From: Octopus vulgaris
Taxonomy: Eukaryota
Assembly (NCBI GenBank): GCA_951406725.2
Contig: OX597831.1
Span: 27,714,001 to 27,778,000 of the forward strand
Direction: 5' to 3'
DNA length: 64,000 nucleotides
Shown: in pieces, positions 51,837 to 64,000 of the stretch
Layout of the letters: the number at the start of each line of letters is the position of its first letter
Position numbering within the stretch: position 1 is the first letter of the stretch
The notes under the pieces: generated by a model
What the model was told of the DNA's origin: nothing
What the model saw: the letters and a program-made list of their open reading frames with translations, nothing else
Databases searched by the model: none
Translations under genes and position numbers: made by a program

Positions 51837-52344
51837 GGTGGTGGAAGAAGAAGAAAAAAAAAGAGCAATTGAATTTGTAAGCAACAGCCGCAGAGCAACT
51901 TTTTCTGTAAGTTGAAAAGAAATTGACTGCTTACCCAAAGGACGAAGGGATCGAAATCAAAGACGTAAGAATGGCTTTTGTCTAGCAAAGCGACATGTTA
52001 GAATACATTTACCACTCCTGTGTCTATGGGGGCGAGGAGTGCGAAGGTGAGAGTGGGTGGGGGGGAGTGCGTGGGTGGGTATGGGGGCGGAGGAGTGCGT
52101 GGGTGTGGGTGTGAGCGTAACAAAAGTAAAATTAGAAAAGAAAAGAAAAGAAAAAAAAACAATGACACAATGCTATCGGTGACTCAGTGATTTACAACGG
52201 CATCGGTAGAAACGTGTCAGCGTCCTGTTGGGAATGTGCGCGAAACAGTTCATAATAGACAGCACTTCATAAATAGACAGAATCTCACCACCTCGCCTTT
52301 TAAATATAAGCAAACCAGAAGTAAAATCTTATTTCTAGAACGCA

Positions 52345-52347
<3 letters not shown>

Positions 52348-52390
<43 letters not shown>

Positions 52391-52539
52391 TCATGCACGC
52401 ACACACACACACACATACACACACATTCATGCACGCACACACAAACACACACACGCACACACACACACACACATTCATGCACGCACACACACACACATTC
52501 ATGCACGCACACACATACACACACACATTCATGCACGCA

Positions 52540-52580
<41 letters not shown>

Positions 52581-52715
52581 TCATGCACGCACACACACAC
52601 ACACATTCATGCACGCACACACACACATACACACACACACACACACTCATGCACGCACACACCCACACACGCATACACACACGCACACACACACGCACAC
52701 ACACACATGCACGCA
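52348..52715. repeat. Higher-order (CA)n minisatellite punctuated by ATTCATGCACG
   Basis: About 9 anchors with variable CA runs. Confidence 0.85.
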
Positions 52716-53145
52716 CTTTGTCCCAGTATTTGCACCTCTCTCTCTCTCTCTCCATCTCTTTCTCTCATAGCCTCTCTATAGCTATATGTGTATCTCCCTC
52801 TCCCTCCTTCTCTCTCACCCTTGTTCTCTTTCCTCCTACCTCCCCGTCTCTGTTAATCTTTCCCCTCCCCCACTCCCCCTCTCTCTCTCTTTCTTAAACA
52901 AACTGTGATTCTTTTCCTAATGTAGTTGTTCTACTTATTCGTGTCTTTTTCACTACTGAGAGAGATATGAAGGACTGGACTTTCTCCTCTGACCAGTCTC
53001 CCCAAACCCCACCCCACTGCCACCTCACTCAGTCTTCCAATTTTCCTTTTAATTTATTCTCATTTGAAAGGAGTGTAAAAGTTTTTATGGCACCGTTTAA
53101 TTTACAGAGAAAAGCTTTTTTTTTTTTTTTTTTTTTTATACTCTG

Positions 53146-53347
53146 TATTGGTTTCAAATTTTGGCACAAGGTCCAATAAGTTAATTACATCGATTCCCAG
53201 TGTTCAACTGATACTTATTTTATCGACCCCGAAAGGATGAAAGGCAAAGTCGACCTCGGCGGAATTTGAACTCAGAACACGAAGACGGATGAAATACCGC
53301 AAAGCATTTTGCCCGCCGTGCTAAGGATTCTGCTAGCTCACCGCCTT
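53146..53347 (-). mobile_element. SINE family C monomer
   Basis: Head, core, short tail. Confidence 0.85.
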
Positions 53348-53384
53348 CTTTTTGTCTTTATGTTTGATATTTAATTATGTCATA

Positions 53385-53963
53385 ATATCCTTTTCTACTC
53401 TAGGCACAAAGCCCGAAATTTGGGGGGAGGGGGGGTCAGTCGATTAGATCGACCTCAGTACGCAACTGGTACTTAATTTATCGACCCCGTAAAGATGACA
53501 TTTTTCGGCAGAATTTGAACTCAGAACGTAGCAGCGGACGAAATACCTTTTTCTTTACAACCAAAAGGGGCTACACACAGAGGGGACGAACAAGGACAGA
53601 CAAACGGATTAAGTCGATTACATCGACCCCAGTGCGTAATTGGTACTTAATTTATCGACCCCGAAAGGATGACAGGCAAAGTCAACCTCGGCGGAATTTG
53701 AACTCAGAACGTAATGGCGGACGAAATACCTTTTTCTTTATTACTCACAAGGGGCTAAACACAGAGGGGACAAACAAGGACAAACAAAGGGATTAAGTCG
53801 ATTACATCGACCTCAGTGCGTAACTGGTACTTAATTTATCGACCCCCGAAAAGATGAAAGGCAAAGTCGACCTCGGCGAAATTTGAACTCACAACGTAAC
53901 GACAGACGAAATACGGCTACGCATTTCGCCCGGCGTGCTAACGTTTCTGCCAGCTCGCTGCCT
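53385..53963 (-). mobile_element. SINE family C trimer (head, two core/long-tail modules, core/short tail)
   Basis: Three GAATTTGAACTCA-type B boxes about 180 bp apart. Confidence 0.9.
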
Positions 53964-53997
53964 CTAATAACATCATAATATTACTTAACAATTTAAA

Positions 53998-54160
53998 GCA
54001 GTGAGCTGGCAGAATCGTTAGCATGCCGAGGTTGGTTTTTGCCTTTCATCCCTTCGAGGCCGATGAAATGAGTACCTTTTGAGTACTGGTTCGATGTAAT
54101 CGACTAACCCCTCCCCCTAAATTTTGAAGGCCTTGTACCTAGCGTATAAATGATTATTAT
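53998..54160 (+). mobile_element. SINE family C, deleted, head-to-head with the previous copy
   Basis: GAGCTGGCAGAATCGTTAGC head and TTTGCCTTTCATCC core. Confidence 0.75.
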
Positions 54161-54951
54161 CTAATAATTGGATCTTTTCTGTTTGGCTGCAGCAGTGGAA
54201 ATTTCAAAGTTCACTGAAATTTTTTTTTCATTTGGCATATATATGTAGTTTTCCAAGCTGAATCTCAGGAGATATTTCACTTTTTTCAGTAAAAAAAAAA
54301 AAAAAAATTTATAGAGGTTTAAAGTTTGATAATTTTCACCCAGTCAGAAAACAGGATATTGGAAGATGTCATTCTTTGTGTGACATTCCGAAAATAGCAC
54401 ATGTTTTGATATGAAACTGTAAACAAATGAAGTGCTGCCGGAATTCCATTTTACGTACATGTAACTCCTCATACCTTTTTTACTTTGAGTAATTTTCAGG
54501 AATTTTTTTGCGAATTTATATTCTACACACGGGAATTCATACGATTAAGTAAAAAAAAAACATTGTTGGAGTGCGTGATTTAAGGCCTATTTAGCTGTTA
54601 TTTTCAGTGCATCTGACGACCATCTCAATGACCCAGCAATTTCTCATCAAGACACAGTACGGATGAACGAATGAATACGAATATATCAAAGATTATAACC
54701 AACAACAACAGCTGCAACAATACGAACAACAAAATCCCAGATTAAAATAAACGTGGGAACGGCTGTGGTTAAGAAGCCGTCATAGACGTCTATGTTTAGC
54801 ATATTAAGTGTCCACTTTAGTGGTCATTCCTCTTAATTTTGTATGTAACACAATTTTTAATCTTTGGTTTTTTTTAAATATGCTAAGCCACTGGTTTTAA
54901 TTGATTAATATCAATTTCTACCCTTATTATTTAATTTTATATATGTACATG

Positions 54952-54983
<32 letters not shown>

Positions 54984-55011
54984 TGTATGTATGTATGTAT
55001 GTATGTATGTA

Positions 55012-55046
<35 letters not shown>

Positions 55047-55115
55047 ATCGAAAATAAAAACAAAGACAGCAAAAGTCAAAAGAGCGTAGTATGTATGTAT
55101 GTATGTATGTATGTA

Positions 55116-55146
<31 letters not shown>

Positions 55147-55773
55147 ATGTGTGTGTGTGTGTGTGTGTATGTATGTGTATATGTATGTGTGTATGTATGT
55201 ATGTATGTATGTATGTATGTATGTATGTATGAGCGTATTTGTGTTTGTACGTGTCCCACGCCACTATTTGGCAACAGGTGTTGGTTTATTTACGTCCCCG
55301 TAAAATACCGGTTCGGCAAAAGACATCCGATAGAATAAATATCAGGCTTAAAAAAAAAATAAATAAAAAGTACTGGGGTCGATTTCTTCGACAAAAGCCG
55401 TCAAGGTGGTGCCCCAGCATTGCCGTAGTCTAATGACTGGAAACAAAATGTAAACGATAAAAGTTAAAGATAGTTTTTACCTGTTTAGGAAAAATGTAGC
55501 GTATTTTGTGTCTGATATGGAGAAGGTTATTAAATCCGTTGACATCCAAGTTCTGTTCGTTGTTTAAAAAAAGCAACGGTATTTATATGCTCAAACACAC
55601 ACACATACACACATATAACGGATGTTATTATACTGTTATCCCTCTGTGAGTGTGAGTGTATGTGTGTGTGTCAGTGAGTGTGTATATAAAACGACACAAA
55701 GTGCATTGTGACCAGCGATGTGTAACAACATTCGATAGACTAATCCAGCGCATGACCGTACGGCGTATGTATG

Positions 55774-55888
<115 letters not shown>

Positions 55889-56153
55889 GTGCGTGTATGT
55901 GTTTTGTCATATAAATGTTTTTTCTTTTCGTTGTTCGAAAAAAGTTCGTTTCTATGTTTTTGTTTTTATGTTTTCATTTCTCATTGTGTTCAACGTTTTT
56001 TTGATGTCCTGTACCCATATATGCATGTATATATACCTATAGATGTAGGTAAGTACATATATGTATGTATATATGCATATATTTATATATTATTTATATT
56101 ATTATATGATCGAACGCCACGCATCTTTTCCAAGTAAGTTTTATCTATCTATC

Positions 56154-56222
<69 letters not shown>

Positions 56223-56252
56223 CATATAAATGTGTGTGTGTCGTCATATATT

Positions 56253-56290
<38 letters not shown>

Positions 56291-56862
56291 CGTGTGTGTG
56301 TGCACGTGTGTGTGTATAAATATACACATCTACATATGCATATGTATAGACTATATATATGTATGTGCATGCATGTTTGCGTGTTTGTGTGTTTAGACGT
56401 ATCGCTCTCTTGACAATTGAATAGCAGTTTACGTCCGGACTTATGACACTCCCAGATCCGTGTTGAATTTTAACCAAATCCTGCAGCTATTTTAATAGCT
56501 TTAAAGACAAACCATTGTTATCGTGTAAGCTAAGTGACTCCACAAAACTACAACACAAAATACAAGAACGCATTTTAGTGAAGGCAAAAAGAAAGTGATA
56601 ATTAATGCTCAGGATATTACTAGAGTTCCCAAACCATCAACAATGAAGGGACTACTGTTGAAAAATGTACACGATGAACGTTGCTATTTAGAGAATGAGG
56701 ATGTAAGTAGAAATGCCAAAAATAGCAGAAAATTCATTATTTCCCAAATATTTCACAGCTTTGACTATTTTAAGGATGTACAATAAGTGGTCTAGGTTAG
56801 AAAGACAACGGTGCAATGCCGTAAGTAGGAGAGGTTGGGAAAGTGAAAGGGGAGAAATATTG

Positions 56863-57460
56863 AACGAGGAGGTAGCCAAAGAAACCCGAATTTGGCAAAA
56901 TTGTTTTATTCGCTTAGTTTTACATGATTCCACTTTTATCGCCTTCAAATTATTCTTCATTCGAATTAATGCATCGGTCCAGGTGCGTTTTCCACTATTC
57001 GAAGCAGTGCTGGAACTCTTGCGAAGTGATGCCTTTTAACGCCTTCATCGTTTTTTCCTTCACTTCTTCCACATCTGCAAATTCCATAGTACCAGCTTTC
57101 ATCACCAAAGACGACTTTCGAAAATAAGGTACAGATCAACTTCCAACTGTTCTTTCAGTTCACCACATGCATTCAGTTGTGACTGCTTTTGATCTTTCTT
57201 GAGCAAGCAAGGCACAAATTTTGCTGAAACTCTTTTCATTCGCAATCCCTCGCTCAAAATTCGTTGGCAGGAGCTCCAGGACACATCCGCCATATCAACA
57301 AGTTCGTCGATTGTTCGGTGATGATTCCTCTAAGATCACTTCACGAATTTTCATGATGTTTTCATTCGTTCGGGATGTCGACGGTCGTCCTGAACGAGAT
57401 TGGTCTTCAACCGACAAGTGGCCATTCCTAAAGCGTGGAAACCACTCGTAAACACGTTTC
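56863..57460 (-). mobile_element. Internally deleted mariner fragment (second subfamily)
   Basis: RVYEWFPRFRNGHLSVEDQSRSGRPSTS and MKRVSAKFVPCLL, then directly FADVEEVKEKTMKALKGI..WKTHLDRCINS; TIR-like ACGAGGAGGTAGCCAAAGAAACCCGAA at about 56864. Confidence 0.85.
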
Positions 57461-57755
57461 CTCTATAAGATGCGGTAGACTCAGAGTTGAGTGCCTGAGT
57501 AACACCTTACAGTTTCATCAGAACCTCAAACGTGAGTCCAGACCGCTACTCGACTAACGCTTTGTTCAGAAAGGTACGTATATTGAGTTCTACACCAATT
57601 TATTAGTATCACAATGCCTAAACACACACACACACACACAGCTAGATAGATAGATATGTACTTGGAAAAGGATGCGTAGCGTTCGATCATATAATAATAT
57701 AAATAATATATAAATATATGCATATTTACATACATATATCTACATACCTACATAT

Positions 57756-58141
57756 GGATGGAAGCACTCCGTCGGTTACGACGACGAGGGTTCCGGTTGA
57801 TCCGAATCAACGGAACAGCCTGCTCGTGAAATTAACGTGTAAGTGGCTGAGCACTCCACAGACACGTGTACCCTTAGCGTAGTTCTCGGGGATATTCAGC
57901 GTGACACAGAGAGTGACAAGGTTGGCCCTTTGAAATACAGGTACAACAGAAACAGGAAGTAAGAGTGAGAGAAAGTTGTAGTGAAAGAGTACAGCAGGGA
58001 TCACCACCACCCCCTGCCGGAGCCTCGTGGAGCTTTAGGTGTTTTCGCTCAATAAACACTCACAACGCCCGGTCTGGGAATCGAAACCGCGATCCTATGG
58101 CCGCGAGTCCGCTGCCCTAACCACTGGGCCATTGCGCCTCC
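57756..58141 (-). mobile_element. SINE family B, full length with 14-bp TSD
   Basis: TSD ACATACCTACATAT at 57742-57755 and 58142-58155. Confidence 0.93.
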
Positions 58142-58724
58142 ACATACCTACATATATATGTATATATACATGCATATATGGTTACAGGACATAAAAAAAA
58201 CAAAAACGTTGAACTCAATGCGAAACGGGCCTGAACCCGGAACCGAGTGGTTGGGAAGCAAACTTCTTACCACACACCCATACCTCTAACTGTATAAATA
58301 TCTTTTCCTATTGAAGAGAAGAAAAGTTTGGTTAAAATAGAAAATGGTGTAGGCGGCATTGAGGAGGGGGGGTGGATTAGGATCATGGAAGATAGTGATA
58401 ACGATAGTTTTGACAACATTCGACATTTAATGTAGGAAGTGATGGGTGGGGTGGGTAAGTTAATGTTAGAAAGGAGATCGGGTTGTTAGAGGGGAGCGGT
58501 GTGTGTGTGTGGGGGTATTATTTAGAGATGTGACTGGCTGGAGGACAATGACGGAAGAAGAAGGGATTCGAGAGTTGAGGTAGAAGCGGTGCCAACTGAA
58601 GGAACTAACCTTATCTAAATATGGAATAGGAAGGAGAAACACACACACACACATATGTATGTATATACATCTACACATACACAAATACATGTGTGTGTGT
58701 GTATATATATATATACATATATAT

Positions 58725-58767
<43 letters not shown>

Positions 58768-58864
58768 AATACACACAGGTACCTATATACATATATATAG
58801 ATGCATGGCTATGTAAATATACACATATATACATATGTGTATGTATATGTAGATATATATGTAA

Positions 58865-58902
<38 letters not shown>

Positions 58903-59085
58903 TTAAATATATACACACAGGTACCTATATACATATAGATGCATGACTATGTATATATACTTAAATATATATATATATACATACTAATACATACACATAT
59001 ACATACATACGCACACACTCAGGCATATATATGTATATATATACATACACACACATATATATATATAAATATGCAAGTATGTATG

Positions 59086-59128
<43 letters not shown>

Positions 59129-59135
59129 GTATGTG

Positions 59136-59256
<121 letters not shown>

Positions 59257-59267
59257 ATGTATATATG

Positions 59268-59312
<45 letters not shown>

Positions 59313-59632
59313 GGACACATACGTGTGAACACGTAGGAATCGCGTGTAATTTATGTGAGGCTAGGCTATCAAGCTTCTTGTTGCTAATGGGAGACAAACA
59401 AAAACAAAGCAGAAAGAATTCCGCAAAATATTTGGTAAATATCTCTTGCAAATATTTCTGTTCTATCTCCACATTGGCATCACGACTTCGTTACGTGATT
59501 ACACTCTTGCCATTTCGTCAAAATACTCGGCAATATTCTTCCATTAACTCTTTGATAAACTTTGCTCAAAGGTCGTTTAATCGTGTTTCTGTTTTTCAAA
59601 GAAATATACTTAGTAGATACGCTGGCTAGGGA

Positions 59633-59690
<58 letters not shown>

Positions 59691-59720
59691 CAAACAGACA
59701 GACAGAGCGAGAGAAAGAGA

Positions 59721-59752
<32 letters not shown>

Positions 59753-59995
59753 CACAGAGAGACAGACACAGAGAGACAGTTTGTGTTTGTGAGTGTGTGT
59801 GTGTTTTGATTAAAAGTTCCAAGAAAATAATGTTTCTGTGATCACGGGTTTCAGTTTTACACGGAGGTTCTCAGCACATGACTCTCGCCAGCTACACCTC
59901 CCTCTATTTATCACTCCCTCCCCCTCACCCCTCTCATTATTTATATATACCACACACACACACAAGCATATATACATATATATAATATATATGTG

Positions 59996-60051
<56 letters not shown>

Positions 60052-60079
60052 GTGGGGGAGGGAGAGGGAGAGAGAGAAA

Positions 60080-60408
60080 GTGAAAGAGCGATTAGAGCGT
60101 CGAGCTTACAATCGTGAGGTTGTGAGTTCGATTCCCGGACCGGGCTGCGTATTGTGTTCTTGAGCAAGACACTTTATTTCACGTTGCTCCAGTTCACTCA
60201 GCTGTAGAAATGAGTTGCAACGTCGCTGGTGCCAAGCTGTATCGGCTCCGTTGCCTTTCCCTTGGATAACATCAGTGGCATGGAAATGAGAGACTGGTAT
60301 GTATGGGCGACTGCTGGTCTTCCATAAGCAACCTTGCCCGGACTTATGCCTCAGAGGGTAACTTTGTGGATGCAATCCCATAGTCATTCATGACCGAAAG
60401 AGGTCTCA
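60080..60408 (+). mobile_element. SINE family D
   Basis: Homologous to 1730-2076; GAGTTCGATTCCC B box and CTTGAGCAAGACACTT. Confidence 0.85.
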
Positions 60409-60450
60409 ATATATATATATATATATATATATACATACATACATATATGT

Positions 60451-60790
60451 AGGCACAGGCCTGTCTACGTGGTAAGAAACTTACTTCCCAACCACATAAT
60501 TACGGGTTCAGTCCTACTGCGTGACACCTTGGTCAAATGTCTTCAAATATAGCCTCGAACCGACCAAAGCTCTGTGAGTGGATTTGGCAGACGAAAACTG
60601 AAAGGAGCCCGTTGTGTGTGTGTATGTGTGTATTTGACCACCGCCACTGCTTAATAACCGGTGTTGGTGTCTCTATGATCCCGTAACTTAGCAGTTCGGG
60701 AGAAGAGGAGCGATAGAATAAGTACCAGGCTTAATAAGTCCTGAGATCGATTTGTTCAATTAAAACACTTCAAGGTGGAGCCCCAGCATT
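60451..60790 (+). mobile_element. SINE family A, diverged
   Basis: Homology. Confidence 0.8.
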
Positions 60791-61037
60791 TTCATAACTT
60801 AGCGGTTAGTTAACATACAAGTCATGCGAACATGCCAGTAGTCTGCGATTTGGTTTGGTGGAGATTACCTTTTCAAAGCACCGAGTGTTAAACCACCTGA
60901 AAGTTGTGAACAGGTGAGACAAATCAACCCAATTCCCAGTGAGGAATGAACGGGAGACAACTCACTCCAAATCCCGTTCACTGCTAAATAAGAGTAATTT
61001 CCCTTATTTAACGGTTTTATTTCTTAGCGTTTTGTCT

Positions 61038-61100
61038 TAATAACTGATGAGATGCCGGAGCAGACTTCAGCTCCGGTATCCGAAACTCTGAGTTTTATTA
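61038..61100 (+). ncRNA. Type I hammerhead ribozyme, structurally complete
   Basis: Stem I UAAUAA/UUAUUA, core CUGAUGA, 11-bp stem II GAUGCCGGAGC/GCUCCGGUAUC(C) with an 8-nt loop, GAAA, palindromic stem III ACUC-U-GAGU, triplet GUU. Confidence 0.8.
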
Positions 61101-61410
61101 TGATCAATGGTTTCATTTTGTTGTTGACATACACTTCATGTTGGGCTACTGCCGTTCTTTAATATGTTGCCCTGGTAGTTTCTTGTAGGTAGGCATTGAT
61201 CTTCGGCTGCTATGATAAACCCTTCTGTTTCTGATTTTAAGCCAGAAGACACTAACCATTGATGGGTAATGGCTTTGTCAATATCAGAACTATTAACTCT
61301 CTTTAGGCATTTGTCATTGAGAGGTTTTTCTTGCCATTTATCAGTTAGAATATCTAAGGCAGCAGTTTTAGCACGGGTTTTTATACGCTTAGGTTTTTCT
61401 GCCCTTGTTT
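61099..61410 (-). pseudogene. R4/Dong-clade fragment (pre-CCHC/CCHC region)
   Basis: KWQEKPLN..DIDKAITHQWLVSSGLKSETEGFIIAAEDQCLPTRNY..PT*SVCQQQNETIDH matches R4/Dong LKxETEGFIxAAQDQ..CRxC..ETxxH. Confidence 0.85.
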
Positions 61411-61416
61411 CAAAAA

Positions 61417-61770
61417 GGAGTGAGGGTGGAAAGGTAAGTGCTGCCGGTCAATAATTTTGTTGGAAGGTGGGTGACTGTGGCGAAAATGGCCCGTAAACAT
61501 TCGCTTGTAGGCCAGAGCGATTGAGAGCAAGAAGGGTGCCTGTCTGAGGTGATCTTGGTAGTCGGGGTGACCATGATGTGTAAGGTGTCTTGGTTGGCCC
61601 TGGCTGGAAATCCCTCCCATGGGGGATTTTAATTGCTAAAATTTTCTTGTTAATTGTCATTGTTATTTTATTTTATTATTTATTCGATTTTTGCATTATA
61701 CCCCGCCTGTCCCTCGTATTGTCACTATTTGTTTTTATGTTCGGCCCTTGTGGCCAAAAAGAAGCGACTA
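61417..61770 (+). mobile_element. Tx1/L1-like LINE 3' end
   Basis: VRVER*VLPVNNFVGRWVTVAKMAR resembles Tx1-type ORF2 ends; T-rich UTR ending GGCCCTTGTGGCCAAAAAGAAG before (TAA)n. Confidence 0.5.
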
Positions 61771-61787
61771 TAATAATAATAATAATA

Positions 61788-61815
<28 letters not shown>

Positions 61816-61823
<8 letters not shown>

Positions 61824-62174
61824 TCCGCCTTCGCTAAGGCGGAGGTATTGCTTTCAGTTGTGTTTGTCCGTGTACAAGATACTTCAAGAACCGCTGGATG
61901 GATTGGGTTGAAACTTTCAGGGATGTTTGACTTCCTGACTGGCACGAACGGATTAGCTTTTGGGATCGATCCAGTAAAGGACAAGGATTCTGGATTATTT
62001 TCCCTGTTTATTTACTTAATTTTTGAGAGCGGTAGGGTTCATTTTTAGTATTCTCGTTTGTGAAAGCAGTAGAGTTTATTTCAGATATTTTCATTTTAAA
62101 ATCATCTCTGGCTAATCGTTGAGATGACGTTGGTTTTGCCTTGGCGGAGGGTTGCGCTCTCTGAGTACTCTAGC
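61816..62174 (+). mobile_element. Helentron-associated non-autonomous element (HINE/DINE-like)
   Basis: TTATTACCTCCGCC start, subterminal inverted CCTTGGCGGAGG, 3' hairpin GCGCTCTCTGAGTAC and CTAG end; inserted in (TTA)n. Confidence 0.7.
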
Positions 62175-62225
<51 letters not shown>

Positions 62226-62349
62226 TATCATTATTATTATTATTATTATCATTATTATTATTATTATCATTATTATCATTATTATCATTATTATCATTAT
62301 TATCATTATCATTATTATTATTATTATCATTATTATTATTATCATTATT

Positions 62350-62384
<35 letters not shown>

Positions 62385-62385
62385 C
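62175..62385. repeat. (TAT/CAT)n trinucleotide array
   Basis: Directly visible. Confidence 0.95.
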
Positions 62386-62551
62386 GTTGTAGCTGTTGTT
62401 TTATTTGTCAGAAAAACAAAAATGAAAAAGGAAATGGGAAAATAAAATATAGAACAGACAGGACAAGACCAGAGAGACGAGGATTCACGAGGGACAGAAA
62501 TTCATTGAAGAAGTCGCAGAATATGTATGACGAAAGCATTTTGACAAATGA

Positions 62552-62594
<43 letters not shown>

Positions 62595-62817
62595 ATAATA
62601 ATAATAATAATAAAGTGTTTATTAAATTCATAGTGCGTGTGTTTATTGCCAAAAGATAACCATTCACAAATATAACAATATCTGTTTCAACACACAATTT
62701 CACAACAAGAATCTTGCAAAACAAAAACAAATGAATGTATGTATATGTATGTGTGTATGTATGTATGTCTATATATATATGTGTGTGAATGTACATATGC
62801 ATGTATATGTATGTATG

Positions 62818-62851
<34 letters not shown>

Positions 62852-63247
62852 CGTGCGTGTGTATACATGTGTAGGTGTGTAGTGACGTAATAATAATGTT
62901 AAGAGTGGTTTTGTGCAGCGATATCCGTTAAAAAAGTCATCTCCAGTAAAACATCTCATTCTCAATAAGTCACATTCAAACAGTGGGCTTGTGTGAGCGT
63001 GTGTGTGTGTGTATGTGTGCATGTATGCAAAATGATGTCTGTATGTATGTTCGTGTGTGTGTGTGTGCGAGTGTCTGTACGCATGTATGAGGTTGTGTGT
63101 GTTTGCCTCTGCGTCTTCCAATGTGGATTTTTTTAGCGTGTCTAAATGTGTGTATGTGCGTGTGCGTGCCTCTGAAGACATTTGAGGTTGTAGCATAGAT
63201 TCCGCCGCTTGTATGCGTGTTCGACGCATGTATCTCTTTGTCCCTCC

Positions 63248-63358
<111 letters not shown>

Positions 63359-63848
63359 CACACACTACATACATAATATGCGTATGTATATATATTATTT
63401 AATAGACACGATACATGTTTTATGTTTTTATATGCTACTTATAGTTTCATATGTTGAGAAATACCTCAAACATATTCATCAGGCACAAACGACGTATCAT
63501 AACGAACTAAAAATTGAATGAGAGGAAAAACGCGAAAAGGTGTGAAGAGATCTTATAGAAAACGTGAAAGATTAAAAAACCGAAAAACGAAAAAGTTAAC
63601 TTAAAAAGTAAAAATAAAAAAAATATATATAAAAAGTTAACTCCCTTAGACCTTAAATCATAAGGTTGGAGAGATATCAAGTATATCAGGTATAAGCAGA
63701 ATTTTCCAATTCTTCAAAATGTACTTAGATATATGTTTACAACTGCTGGAAATTTCAAGCCAAGAGTTCAGTAGTGAGTTAGGGATCATAAAACTGAAAA
63801 GGATCTGAGCTCTTTCACCTAAACGGAAGAGTGCATTGTATATATCTA

Positions 63849-64000
63849 CTAGCAGTATCGCCCGGCGTTGCTCGGGTTTGTAAGGGAAATAACTATATAA
63901 GCATTTTTAGAGATGTAAAGTATAATAGCCATTTCAATATGGCTAACCACAAAGGGGGGGGGTGTTACTATAGCTGTTTACGTTCTGAGATTTAATAATA
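63849..64000 (-). mobile_element. Non-autonomous Helitron 3' end, third body type (runs off the window)
   Basis: CTAGCAGTATCGCCCGGCGTTGCTCGG matches 46103; diverges after about 65 bp. Confidence 0.82.

Noticed and set aside
58300-58640. Possible Penelope 3' relic
   Set aside because: Similarity too weak to support by eye.

Overview
AT-rich, repeat-saturated eukaryotic non-coding DNA (intergenic or intronic). It is most likely from an octopus: this is inferred from the tRNA-derived SINE families and the extreme (TA)/(TG)/(TATG)/(GATA) microsatellite load, not from a database search. No host protein-coding exon is supported, and almost all supplied ORFs are microsatellite artefacts. The window is built from at least five SINE families (called A-E here), decayed mariner and Tc1 transposases, R4/Dong, CR1, RTE, Tx1/L1-like and Penelope-like (PLE) retroelement fragments, Helitron/Helentron non-autonomous elements, several MITE/foldback elements and minisatellites. 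The strongest unexplained signal is a set of type I hammerhead ribozyme (HHR) motifs carried by several short, non-coding, mostly TA-flanked elements of unrelated sequence. Two look structurally complete: 24937-24999 (-), in the loop of a 110-bp inverted repeat, and 61038-61100 (+). Several more are core variants or decayed, including an opposite-polarity pair in a highly structured stretch at 45200-45772. Together they suggest a diverse population of PLE-derived or retrozyme-like RNA elements. All motif calls and pairings were made by eye; element boundaries are approximate unless termini or TSDs are quoted.
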